DNA of 63,484 nucleotides, filler included, from Phoronis australis (Eukaryota; Animalia; Phoronida), in the NCBI GenBank assembly GCA_002633005.1. It is 4 parts of 4 records of this genome, joined end to end, with 100 filler letters (N's around TTAATTAATTAA, not from the genome) between each part and the next. Parts side by side here need not be neighbours in the genome. Positions count along the whole stretch, not along the records: positions 1 to 23,588 come from NMRA01001318.1; 3 more parts are not named here. The stretch is one strand, 5' to 3'. Both the position numbers and the translations under genes were made by a program. A model generated the notes under the pieces. The model ran no database searches, had not been told where the DNA came from, and was given only the letters and a program-made list of their open reading frames with translations. The number at the start of each line of letters is the position of its first letter. Position 1 is the stretch's first letter. Below, piece after piece: positions 1 through 12,862 of the stretch.

Positions 1-502
1 CATAACACTACAAATTTGGTAATAGCCATGAACTCTGAGCAAAATCACTGATAAACATAACTTGTGTTATCACATATACCTTGCGTTTGAGGACAGATAA
101 TTTATCAACAACATTATCCAACCAGGAAGTGACTCGACTGACATCTGTTGAGTTTTTCAAACAATTTTCCAGTTCACTGAGTTATAAAGGAGGCACATAA
201 CAGTTCTCACTGGGTTTTGCCCAGCAAAACACACATCACTTGATTTGTCACCTTTTCTTCACTCTGTCAAAAACAGGATGCAAAGAATGACATGTTTTCA
301 ATTATTTCACATAAAAAGCCCTGCAGACGAGCACAGAAACTTTATTCTCTCTTGTGTTTTTGACAATTTCATTCCCAATGAAAACCAAGCTAGACTGAGA
401 AAAATAAGGGCAAAAAATGCAAAAACACCACTTCCCTGCCGATGCACGACTAAAGCCAACATTAGAGTCTGAAAGTAAATTTCCTACCGATTCCGAAAAT
501 GT

Positions 503-757
503 GGTCCAAAAGTACTGTCAACCAACTAGTTTTTTGGCAGTTCTTGCTTGTTTGAGGGCTACCTAAAATCACAGCCAATTTCTCAGTCGCTACCCAACAA
601 TGCACAATTGCAGCCGGGGGCCGCCATCATGGTCCAAAAGTACTGTCAACTAACTAGTTTTTTTGCAAATCTGGCTTGTGTGAGGACTACCTGAAATCGC
701 GGCCAATTTCTCAGTCGCTACCCAGCAATGCACAATTGCAACGGGGGGCCGCCATCT
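503..757. repeat. Tandem duplication, 2 x ~127 bp
   Basis: TGGTCCAAAAGTACTGTCAAC...GGGGGCCGCCATC occurs at ~503-629 and again at ~630-757 with scattered substitutions. Confidence 0.85.
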
Positions 758-964
758 TGAAGAAGAGTGCAGCTACAGCCGAGAAAGTGACCTTTTTATT
801 CTCAGCATGTTCACAAATGCAAACGAACCACATTCACTGAGCCTACACGCAATGCGCACCTACAAAATGCCCCCAAACTTGACCTACCCCAAAATTTTAA
901 TATTTTGGGAGTGCAAATTGGCTGCAGCCGCAGCCTAACTAATCAGTGCCACCTTAGGTTATGA

Positions 965-1570
965 TGGCCGTTAGTCAAAACGAACCTGTCCATTTTTTCA
1001 GTAGGCCATTAGTTAAAACGGACATGCCAATTTTTTCATTACTTCACCAGTCGATACGAACATGTCCAATTTTTCATTAGGCCATCGCTCGATACAGAAC
1101 TGTACATTTTTCATTATCGCATTAGTTAAAACGGACCTGCCAATTTTTCATTATGCCATCAGTCGATACGGACCTGCCCTTTTTTCATTAGGCCATAAGT
1201 CGATACGGACATGCCCATTTTTTCATTAGGGCATTAGTCGATACGGACCTGCCCGTTTTTTCATTAGGCAATCGGTCGATACGGACCTGCTCATTTCTTC
1301 ATTAGGTCATTAGTCAAAACTGACCTGCTCATTTTTTTATTACGCCATCAGTCGATATGGACCTGTCCATTTTTTCATTAGTCCATCAGTCGATATGGGC
1401 CTGTCCATTTTTATTAGTCCATCAGTCGATACGGACCTGCCCATTTTTTCATTAGGTCATCAGTCGATACAGACCTCCCCATTTTTTCATTAGGCCATTG
1501 GTTGATATGGACTTGTCAATTTTTTCATTAGTCCATCAGTCGATACGGACCTGCCCATTTTTTCATTAGA
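965..1570. repeat. Degenerate ~38-39 bp minisatellite, about 15 copies
   Basis: Unit approximately GGCCATCAGTCGATACGGACCTGCCCATTTTTTCATTA, repeated head to tail. Confidence 0.9.
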
Positions 1571-1703
1571 ATTCACTGAACAGTTCTCATGGGGATTTGC
1601 CTATCAGAACACACGTCAATGGACTCTTCACCCTTTCTTCACTCTGCCAAAAACTGCATGCAAATAAAGAAAAGTTTTGAGTCATTTCACATCACAAGCC
1701 CTA

Positions 1704-1807
1704 GTTCTGCACCTTCTGCTGTCACGGGGATGGTCTGGGGAGGGGATTAATGCACCAGCATATCCCCAATGATCCTGTCCGTGACAGGTATTACAGGTAT
1801 TACAGGT
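1704..1807 (+). mobile_element. Short 5'-truncated retroposon (LINE/SINE 3' end) with 13-bp TSD
   Basis: ATCACAAGCCCTA flanks both sides (1691-1703, 1808-1820). The insert has a stem-loop (CTGTCACGG...CCGTGACAG) and an (ACAGGTATT)n tail. The paralogous host sequence at ~200-345 lacks the insert. Confidence 0.75.
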
Positions 1808-4800
1808 ATCACAAGCCCTACAGATGAGCACAGAAACTTTGTACTTGTCACAAATATCAACTAACTTACAGTAGTGGTCAATCTAGAATGTTGTTTTCAT
1901 TGATGTTGGATATTGGATAGAGCTGTGGAATCAACAAGCAAGGGTCTGCACCGCCTGGAGTCACGACTGGATTGATGACTGAAATTATGACAAAAATCAT
2001 TAAATGGCTTACCCCTTTGATTATCTTTTTCCTGGCAAGTTGTCTTAGCAGCTTGAAAAAAGTCATGTTAACGAACACAACATGCATTTAGCACTCAGCA
2101 GCTAATAAAGAGGCCTGGAACGCAAAACACATACCAAATTGCAATACTGAAAGAGGTCCTCTCCCACTGAAACATAATTCAACCTGCTCGAGATGATTTG
2201 TTCGTATATACTAGCTTTTAATTTCTGTTGAGATCGAACCATTTTCTTTTAGTTTCAAATTTAAAAAAATGTTTGAACTGCTTGCCACTTTGTCGATTTT
2301 TTTCTCGCACAAGGCAAAACATGTTTCCTTATTTGGTATGGCAAGACATAGACAAATAACATTTCTCTTACATGGAAAATGTGACCTATGTCCTCAAGTG
2401 ACTTCAAGCAACTGACTCAATGTGAACACATGCACGCGTGGGACCGAGATTTGAAACTCTATGATAACCACAGTTTTTCCTTCGTGCGTATTTCAAAAAT
2501 CATAAACATGAATTTTCTGGAAATTTCCTAACAGAGGAAAGTGAATTACTCTGCACTTTACGTTGCGAAATGCTACTTTCACCAGGAATTGTTTAAAAGA
2601 TAATTTCTGACAAGCCTCGGATTCCATGCCTCTCTAAGATTAGATGTAAATGAAGTCAGATAGTACCTTCTTCAGTAAATAGTAAAATAACACAAGAAAA
2701 TGTCTTCAGGTTTGTGAAATCTTAATTTCTCATATCAATACCACAAGACTAAACGTCCATTAATTAACTCGGGTAACTAATCATATCAGTACAAAATTGT
2801 TACTATTAAACATTAAAACTTTCACATCTTCAGCATATTCAAGATCAGTTTTATAGTTCTGACTTTCTAGTGCAATAACAGAATCCAGGACAAATGACTG
2901 GAAAGTAATGGCACAGGTGGACATGTGATGAGGCATCATTAATTAACCAGAATGCAAGGTTATTGTTGCAAACCAGGTTTTGTGTTGTAGGCAGCCAGCT
3001 TCTTCTGATGCCGCAGAGCCTGATCTTTGTCACCAGGTTCTGAAAGTGAAATTAGTATTTACTCAAACTTGTGGATGAGTGACAAATTGTCCTTGGAAAG
3101 TTTGCTGCTTCTTATGATTGGCTGGTGGCAAGGTCCACTGTAAACACTCCACCATAGCAGATACATAATGATGTCAGTGGTTCTGGTAAAAAGGACAAGT
3201 GGATGAATTTACAAGGCCCAGCTGCAGTAAAGTAAACAATATGAGAAGGCAGACTGTACTGGCACAAATTTCAAATCCAAATTTTCTGTAGTGAAGGCAA
3301 GCTGTGGGATGGCTGGAGAAGCTATGCACTCAAACTCATCAACGAATGCATTTATAGGGGGTGTCAAGAAATTTTTAAAAAATACAGTGGCGTATATTCT
3401 TGAAAATTAGAAAGCCAGAATTCTTCAAGGAGCAGTTTCAGTGCTGCAAAATATCATTTTATTCCAAATTTATGAAAATCTTAAGTCTGAGCTCCTGGTG
3501 CAAAACGTATTAAGACACTGGTTCGACCATCCGGAACAACCAAAAGTTATTTGCAGACAACTTGAAGTTCAACAGACAACCTAAAATTTTTCATAGTAGC
3601 GTAGTGCACTTATGGTCAATTCCATCTTAAATGCACGCACACACAAAGTCCCTAACTTTCTGTAACTTCTTTGTAAAATTTGAATTGTCAAGACACCCAA
3701 TTGACTCAAGTCTGCAACGGGGAACGTAACTTCAACCGATATTGGGGCTTCAATTAGTCAGTATCGTAATTTAAAGAGACCTCAGCACAAGTAGCTGAAA
3801 GAGGTTAGCAGATGAGACTATCTCAGTTTGATTGTAGAAAAAATATTGACACTGCTGGACCAATAGTTATTTTTATTCATTCAAATTTTTGGACTAAAGC
3901 TTGTTTTGAATTCAAACAAGTTGATTTTAAGTAGAGTTGTTTGAAAGGTTACAATCAGTAAAAGATGCTGATTGTGTAAATGGAACATTTTAAAAACATT
4001 TTCTTGCAGCAATCATTAGAAGTGTCTAGTATTTATTTAGCATAAAACGTGGAAGTTTCTGAGCACAGTCATTTCCGATATAACCCAACGCCAGAAATTT
4101 GTAACATGCTCTACTGTGCATGCGCTAAATCTTGTCAGCAGCCCTCCATAAGAAATACACAAGAACAAGCTATAATCAGGAATTTATAAGTGAGGGGAGA
4201 TAACTACACAATTTTCCGATAGCCTGTCGCATATATGATATGTGCCTGGTATTCAGTGAATGACCTGGATGATTCATGCAGCCAGGACATTCACAACTAG
4301 GGAGAATATTTTACTTTTTCTCCAGATGTGCACCTCATTCATGTACCACATCAGTATTGCTTGTGTGGTTTTGGAAATGTCTAAGCTGCTTGTGTTGTTT
4401 CTGCATTGTTGAGCTTGAAATGATAGTTTTGCTCCTATAAAACAAGGGGTGTATTTATTGCGACATGTGTTCGTTATTGTTATTACTAGTTTATTGCTTA
4501 ACCAGTGTATTTATTTTGAATATTCTTCAAGCCTTGGATGACTGATCTTTTCAGTTTAGGATAGTTATTGTTTGCATCTTATGAAGTGAATTACATACTG
4601 TCTTTTTGTTCAGTGACTCCTGGTGTGGTTTTGAAAATGGTTGTTTTTTCGTCTGAAATGCAGATTTTTTACTAAGTTCTGCAATGACCCTGTCATTTCC
4701 ACATGGTTATCTTGAAAAGCAAATTCTTGTATACATATTATTGTCATCTTGTGAGGTGTGCAATTTATTGCGGTTTTCAGTGACTGGTTCCACCACGGAT

Positions 4801-6559
4801 AGCAGTATTGTGCACCTCAACCGGTACTTTGCTCAAGCTCATGTTACATATATTTTTATGTTGATAACTTTTCCTCGTGAGGGTAGTGATCTCAGCAGTT
4901 ATATAACTTATGGTGTTTTGTTAAGTAGTAGAACCTTGTAATGCTATGACACAAATTTTGAAGGTTCCTATGTTGTAGTTAAGTCCCACTTTAAATATTT
5001 TGCTCACCATGTGAGTTATTGTATACATGGAGGGATTCATACTCATGGATGATCTCATCAGGGATTGCATGTAACACTATTTGGGTGTGTATATTTGTTA
5101 CATGTTCATTGTATAAAGTGTATTGTTTATATTGCAGAGTTTATAATTGTTAGTTTCAAATATCTCAGTAGGTTATCTCAACAGTACTTAGTGCATGTCA
5201 TTGCTAGTGCCTCTGTCCCTTATTGCTTTTCCCATAGTATGAACAACTAGTCATTTTAAAGTTTGAAATTCTAATGTACAATATACATTACACTATTCGG
5301 AAATCTTACTGTTATTTTTATTGCGAAAGCACTAATCTGAAGAGTGGCCTACTTGTTACGTAGAATGCACACAATGCATTGTTAAAGCGAGGTGATCCTA
5401 TGCCGCTGGGATTTTGTTTTCTTACTCTTTGTGAACGTAGTGCCTGTATCTCGCATTTATTCCTAAGTTTATGCAATCATTTTGAATTACAAAACATGAA
5501 ACCCTGGGAACCGGTGGGGCAGTTAAATTTGCACATCGTCAATATATACGTGTCATTTGAAATCGTAGCCCGTTGTAGGCGGGCCACGACCAAAAATATG
5601 GGTACACATCACATGTCTAACCACAAAAAACAAGTGAAAGTTACTTTTTCAGGCAAGCGACGCGTTGCGCACTTTGGTTGTTTTTGTCCGTTTTAGGTGG
5701 CAAGAGGCGCTTTTTCTTTGACGATTTCGCTGAGGTATGTTTCAGAAAATCGTACTGTAAGTCATTTTTTCTGTGCCTGTTAATTTAGGTACAAAGCAAT
5801 TGAAAAAATGGATAAGTCACGTCATTTTAAATCGCTCCATTATGGCCACTTCGACTTGGATGGATTTTGGCTCTTTCAAACACTCCACCATGCTCTATTT
5901 TTGAAGTTCGTTAACGAAAACGCGTACCAGGATTTTAAGGTTCGTGCCCTCCCTCTCGAGTTTTAGTTGGCAATTTTGACATGAAGATGATGGTGATATT
6001 TATGCGTTCCTTGACGAGAATTCCATCAAGTCAAGTTTTGCCTAATTCAGCTTTTCATTCATTTTTATACCGTGTATGGTTGCTGGCAAAATGATACCAT
6101 CAAGATTTTAGTCTAGATGCTTCCAAACTCGGTTTTTGGGCCATAACACTAGTTATAGGAATCTGATTATGAGCGAGCAAGAGAAAACGGAACATATTTG
6201 CGACGTTTCGTTTACTCAAAGTTAATGAGCCTAAACGTAAGAAAATATTTTTTCTCTTTATCGCTTGTAATGATTTTCAAGTGTTTCCGTTATTCAGTTT
6301 CGGCAAGGTCATCGCTTTCTCGCAAACCTACTGATTGGATGATCAACTACGCACTTATTTGCTCTCCGTTTTAACGTTGATCATCGTCAATAGGCTACAC
6401 CTCTAAAAATCGCACATCTTCTTTGCGCAAACTACATTGTGATTTAAGTCTCCCGAAAAAAGTTGACGATCGTATAGTGTTTAAAAGTCTAATTCTAAAT
6501 TTCTCCAGTTAGTGCACCAATGAAGTAAACGAAAGTAGTTCTGCTTGTAGCGTCAGCTG

Positions 6560-7050
6560 TTGGTATCATTATCTCGATTTATGACCCACAACGCGGGACT
6601 GGACAAAGCCTTTTCAAATTAGTGTAGATAAGCCGGTGGAGCGTGAGACCCCTGAGGTCCCAATCGAGTTCTCCCGACAACTCCGCGTTATGTAACCTGC
6701 TCCAAAAGCCATCCATTTTCTGGAGTGCACTGACATGCTGTTGCAAGGCTCGTTTGGGAATGACACACTGGTAGTTTGCTCTAATAGCATGTAACAGCAA
6801 ACAATCATGATGAGGAGGCAGATCACAGATTTCAACCTGAATATGTGGTAGTGTGCTTTGTTAACTGTTGATGACTCGCCGTACAGCTTGCATACAAACC
6901 GTTCAATGTCTTCATGAGTTAACCAGAAAACACAAATTTTGAGCCCAACTTTAATGGTAAAGACAAAGTTAAAAAACCTCTGCAAGTCTGCATCCTACCC
7001 AAAATAAAAAAAGTTTTGACAACCTGAAAACCGTTTCATCTTACAGTAAT
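6560..7050 (-). pseudogene. Decayed C-terminus of an Academ(X)-like DNA transposon protein
   Basis: Across frameshifts it reads IERFVCKLYG...VNKAHYHIF...LPPHHDCLLLHAIRANYQCVIPKRAL...DGFW, then Cys remnants. This resembles the LPP-x5-H-xx-RANYQ region that follows the XPG-like domain and precedes the Cys-rich tail in such proteins. Family assignment is from recall. Confidence 0.5.
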
Positions 7051-8038
7051 CCTATTTAACTGAAATAGATATCCAAAATGCTCTTCACTTAAACACACCG
7101 TATGGCCAACAAATGAAATTTCATTTTGTCTAAGTCCTCAGCAAAAATAAGCATTAAGAGAAATGAGCATCATTACTAGCATTGATTGCACGGTGCAGCT
7201 GCCTTCAAACAATTTAAAACATAGAAATATTTTATCACCCTTAATACAGTAGTTCAGACTTTGAAAAGAAAAGGTCACGTTGGCAATAGTTTTTGTTTGA
7301 AATTCAAAAGCGTCTTCTTTACCGTAGAGTTAAAATTTCATTTGACTTCCTCTTTTAGATAGCGCATAGTTGGAAGAGTAAACATTTTTCTTCGTTAAAA
7401 ACTCCAATTCAACAATCTTCAAAGCGTGAGTTACTGAAATCTGTGCAACATTTGAATTTTCAAGATAAATAAATTACAGAACACAGGCAATATTTCCATT
7501 CTTATATTTCTCAAATTCCAAGCACTGCTCATGATTTTACATAAAAAATTCTCAAAATAGGCTTAGAAATTCATAAAAAGCAGTGCTGATCATTCACATG
7601 TAGGTAAAAACTACTACCAGTACATTTGAGATTGAGACGACTATTACTACAAATTTATCAAGCAAAATAATTTTTGTAAGGTGACCTAAACTAAAGATTA
7701 TTTACCATAAATGACACCTTTCAAATTAAGAATAGGTAGGCCTATTTACAATTGATTGTTTGGAACTGTGACAGGTTTTCAACTTTTCTTTTGTTTGTGA
7801 AGTACCCATGTGATTAAATTTGATTTGTGGCAAATGGTTCATTGTGGTGGCAAGACATATACTGTATATTTCTTTGAGCACTGTTAAATGTACATGTAAC
7901 TGACAGTGATAATCTCCTTAATTTTCTCGTGGGCTCAACATTATTTCCATCATCAACTTAGTCTCTTTTTCTTTTTTAAGGGCTCTTTCAATTTTTGTTA
8001 CATCCGTTAAGTGTCTGTAACACTGCTTGTGATAGAAG

Positions 8039-8297
8039 CATGCGTGCACCAAGCCTAAAAATGGGGGGCTCGAGTTTTTGAGAATGTGGACCTTTACTAA
8101 AATTAATGGAGTACTTCAGAGCTACGAATTGTGCGTTCGCCAAATTTTGGTAGTTCCTGCCTTTTTAGTGAAGTTTTATCTCGTTTTCTACTTTTTCGGT
8201 TTTTGTGTCTCTGAGGCAGACCTTTTTACCCACTTAACCAAATCATGGGGGAGGCACGTTCAAGCCCTCAAGCCCCCCACCTCTGGGTGCGCACATG
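8039..8297. mobile_element. Small MITE-like element, family A
   Basis: Imperfect terminal inverted repeats CATGCGTGCACC...GGTGCGCACATG. Similar in opposite orientation to 9842-10059 and ~28540-28768. Confidence 0.5.
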
Positions 8298-9841
8298 ACA
8301 AGAGCTCTGTTTTTTCACAAAAACTTAAAAACTTATCAGCAACGATACTTCTCTTGCACTCAATGTTTGATACGTTTGCCTTAGACCAGGTAATATCTGA
8401 AAATTCCAGCTCAGAAATTTGAGCAGAACCTTACACATGAATGCAGCAAGAGGCAGACATCTTGCCAGACTATTGTGAAGTCACACAATCGTTTAATAAT
8501 TCATGGTTTCAGCAGTCCTAGCTGTCCCAAAACTGTTCTTTGCAAAACACAAAATGATTCAGGAATGTGCCAAGAATTGTTTCAGCCACTTGATTTGGCT
8601 TTCCTCAATTCCTAACTATTGCCTGCTGGTTTTTGAACCTTGGTCCTCAGTTGGTAATTGCCTATTACCTTGCACACCATTCCAAGAATTGGTACTATCC
8701 AATGTAGTCAGCAGCAATAAACAAGCAAGCTAAGCCAGCAGGATAACATCAGCTGACTGTCCTCCGATTAATGTTTTCATGCCAAGCAGACGACTTTTGA
8801 AGGGGAAAGGTATGGACACAATATTTTTCTGGTATTTGATTGGCTGTTCGAATCATTTTGCACTGACACCTGGTGGCTGACACATTAGTTGAGGTTATAT
8901 TTTTTCCAAGTTTTAAATTAAAATTCTAACTAAACGTGCAAGTGTATTCTTGGAAATTTTTTTGAAATTGACTTTTGCACATCTGTAGATGAGTTAAATG
9001 CAAAGTTCCCGCTGCCCCCAGATAGTGGCCACGGAGGTGAAAGATAGGAGAGCTGGTACTACGGCCTATGAAGGTTAAAACAGTCCAAGTCATGAAGCTG
9101 TTTGTTCAGTGGCGGTGTACAGTAACAACGTACTAACACCTCACTGAACTAAATGTTAGTGATCTGGGTAAGTGAACAAGCTTTGACAGAAGTACAAATA
9201 CAGTTACTAACTTTACTATTAACATACCTGTAGAAGGTCTCAGCTATATCGATCCTGGAGAGCGCGTGGCAACAGCGAAGTGGTCAACTCGTGTACCTAG
9301 GCAATCCTGATGTTATTCGATTTGCCATTAAATGGTACAGGACATGAAAAACAGAATAAATTCCATCATTCAAAATGGTTCTCTCCTACTGAAACAGAAG
9401 CCTATTGATGCATTCTCCTTTCAAATTTCAAAAAAACGAACCGTGGCCTGCTCTTCACTCCCGGTCGATTTTTCCCGCACTTAAGTCACCCGTCTCCTTA
9501 GTTGGTACTACAAGACACAGACGTAGCACATTTCCCTTAGAAAATTCGATTCTGACCACAAGCAAAACTATGGTGATTTCGAGTCCGATTGAGTACATGC
9601 GCGCATATATATCTTGATATATATATATAATCATTAGGGGCGGAAAATTTGAAAACTGTCGATGAAAGAGTTCGGCAAGTTTCTGGAAATCTTGCAATAT
9701 CCAATATGTGGACTCACGTAAGGATCCCCAAGTAGTAAATTACCCGCGATGTGTTTAAAATGTATTTATTAGAGTTTTCGCTTTATATACCTCTTCAATT
9801 CTGAAAAGTGGGTGTTTTAACAACCTCAGCATCGGTAAATG

Positions 9842-10059
9842 CATGCGCGCGCCCAAGGGGAGGGGCTCGAACGAGTCCCATTTGGCGAAGTGGGCAATAA
9901 GGGCAGCCCTCAGAAAAACAAATTATCAGAGAAAACGAGACAAAAGTACACTAAAAGGGCAGGTACTACCAAAAATCGGCTCTAAATGTACCTTAAAGCC
10001 TGGATCCACTCGTTTTCCCAAAACATCGAGCCTCACATTAGGCTGGGTGTGCAGGCATG
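9842..10059. mobile_element. Small MITE-like element, family A
   Basis: Termini CATGCGCGCGCCCA...TAGGCTGGGTGTGCAGGCATG. The internal TTTGGCGAA..TGG motif is shared with the other copies. Confidence 0.45.
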
Positions 10060-10677
10060 TGTACACAAACGACTTGTGAAATCCATTCTTTATATATTTG
10101 ATATCAGGTTTCAGTGCAAATGTGGATTAGTAAACAAAACAGAATACCCTGTTGCTACACAGATTTCCAACTTGCTAGGTCCGGTCTGGCCCGCCCAAGA
10201 AACTCTCAAGTACGTAAAACATGTAAGAAAAGTCCGTGCTAGAGATCGCACAGCATTTTTTTTTTCTTGGGCGTCGACTGATTTTTTAATAAACCACTGT
10301 TTGTTGTGTATGAAACACGAAGTAAAATAAACAAAATATGAAAGTAGAAATGGCCAAAATGATCCTAGAGATGGAAATCTCGGTTAACAGCGCCTTTCTC
10401 TCCACGGTGTCTTACTCAAACGGGAGAAATGGCTTCTGCTAGCTGGAGGATGCGTGGATTTACAATTCTTTTTGCTTCTAAGATCGTACTTCTCTTATAA
10501 ATAAAACACTATCCTGTGACCAGGTGACAAATCAGTCGAGCCTTAATCTCAAGTAGATCGTATCTCGAGTAGAGCTAAGGAAGTGCAGGACGCCGCTCAG
10601 ACTTCAATGTCTTAAATACTGACTCATTTTTATTATCAACAAAGCATGATAGAAATAAAAATTACTAACTTGGTCAT

Positions 10678-10728
10678 ATACATACATGCATACATATATA
10701 CATACATACAAACATACATACATACATA
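10678..10728. repeat. (CATA)n microsatellite, imperfect
   Basis: Directly visible. Confidence 0.9.
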
Positions 10729-11648
10729 CCAGGCCGTCATAACCTTGCTTTTGGAATATTTTCTCACGTAAAGACTATACACAAATTTGTTCAAAGTCGC
10801 TTTTGATGTTTTCTGTCAATCGTACTTTTTCTTAAATCGATAGCTCCCTTAAAAAGTGTGACTGGAACGAACCCCCACGTCTAGCCTCCTACGTTCAATA
10901 ACCATGCACCATTAATCACACTAACAGCAGATGAGAAATGGGTAAATCTGATGCGAATTGGAATTCACTGACAAGGTTGAAGAAACTAAATTCCCGGACT
11001 TAAGACAGAGTAGGGAGAATAGTGTCTTTTACAATACAGCAGCGTCAACTAAATGCATATTGGAGACATAATCATAAGCAATGTAACTGAAATTACCCAT
11101 ACGTGATGCCTATCACCAAGTGGACAATATGCACCGCGCGTTCAGGGTAATACTGCATAACTTCTGCAGTAATAGGGTCGTTTGTACGTAGCCTGTAGGT
11201 CGCGTGATTTTTTCATGTTGAATCAAATAAAAAATAACACGCAACTGATTTAACAAATCGAGTTCTGAGAATCATTGTTTGGTTAATTTAGGAATGTAGC
11301 ACATGCGTATTAATACGGAGTGATGATACTTGTCCTTCATAAATCTGAATAAGTTCTTAATAATGGGCCGAGAAGTGACATTTCCTGATTGAATGTGTCA
11401 GCAGCAGATAAGCTTTAATCATCTTCCATGGCTATGGTTACGGCGTTGTCGGTCCTAATAACGCCAATGTAGAGTTAATTAAAAATATTCATTTCTTGAA
11501 ACTGTTCTTTTCTTAATCTTCCTGATAGTCTCAGCGCACGTTTGCACAAGTTAATAAATTGCCAACTTAGCTCTGAGATATTTCAGCAAAACACGCTGTC
11601 AAGAAACATTGCGTGTTAAAACGTCACATGATTACACTCCCATTTAAA

Positions 11649-12862
11649 CAGGGACGGATCCAGGATTTTGAGTTACGGGGAGGGGACAGGGCGTGAGCCA
11701 GGATTTTGCACATCAGACATTCGCACCCCTGAACTGCCAAATGGAATCTGGGAGAATTTTAGGGGGGGNNNNNNNNNNNNNNNNNNNNNNNNNNNNNNNN
11801 NNNNNNNNNNNNNNNNNNNNNNNNNNNNNNNNNNNNNNNNNNNNNNNNNNNNNNNNNNNNNNNNNNNNNNNNNNNNNNNNNNNNNNNNNNNNNNNNNNNN
11901 NNNNNNNNNNNNNNNNNNNNNNNNNNNNNNNNNNNNNNNNNNNNNNNNNNNNNNNNNNNNNNNNNNNNNNNNNNNNNNNNNNNNNNNNNNNNNNNNNNNN
12001 NNNNNNNNNNNNNNNNNNNNNNNNNNNNNNNNNNNNNNNNNNNNNNNNNNNNNNNNNNNNNNNNNNNNNNNNNNNNNNNNNNNNNNNNNNNNNNNNNNNN
12101 NNNNNNNNNNNNNNNNNNNNNNNNNNNNNNNNNNNNNNNNNNNNNNNNNNNNNNNNNNNNNNNNNNNNNNNNNNNNNNNNNNNNNNNNNNNNNNNNNNNN
12201 NNNNNNNNNNNNNNNNNNNNNNNNNNNNNNNNNNNNNNNNNNNNNNNNNNNNNNNNNNNNNNNNNNNNNNNNNNNNNNNNNNNNNNNNNNNNNNNNNNNN
12301 NNNNNNNNNNNNNNNNNNNNNNNNNNNNNNNNNNNNNNNNNNNNNNNNNNNNNNNNNNNNNNNNNNNNNNNNNNNNNNNNNNNNNNNNNNNNNNNNNNNN
12401 NNNNNNNNNNNNNNNNNNNNNNNNNNNNNNNNNNNNNNNNNNNNNNNNNNNNNNNNNNNNNNNNNNNNNNNNNNNNNNNNNNNNNNNNNNNNNNNNNNNN
12501 NNNNNNNNNNNNNNNNNNNNNNNNNNNNNNNNNNNNNNNNNNNNNNNNNNNNNNNNNNNNNNNNNNNNNNNNNNNNNNNNNNNNNNNNNNNNNNNNNNNN
12601 NNNNNNNNNNNNNNNNNNNNNNNNNNNNNNNCCCCCCACCCCTCGTACCCTTGCTCCTGATACCACCATATTTGTATCGAATTTCCCACGTCCCCAATAG
12701 GTGGAGGGCACAGTGGGGGATTTAGGGGTAGCCAAGGGGCCATGGCCCCGTGAAATTCTCCCATATTCCATTTGACTTTTCGGGGGTGCGAATTTCTGAC
12801 GGGTAAAACCCTGGCTAATACTCTGCCCTGCCCCCCAACTCAAAACCCTAGATCCGACCCCG
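11649..12862. mobile_element. Inverted-repeat (MITE-like) element spanning a gap, or two opposed copies
   Basis: CAGGGACGGATCCAGGATTTTGAGTT...GGGAGAATTT (11649-11760) is an imperfect reverse complement of AAATTCTCCC...AACTCAAAACCCTAGATCCGACCCCG (~12753-12862). Confidence 0.55.
11769..12631. other. Assembly gap (N run)
   Basis: N run; the ORFs crossing it are artefacts. Confidence 1.

Noticed and set aside
965-1570. Regular ~38-bp repeats resembling a CRISPR array (also 40943-41977 and 51405-51822)
   Set aside because: Units are contiguous with no unique spacers, no cas genes are present, and the context is eukaryotic.
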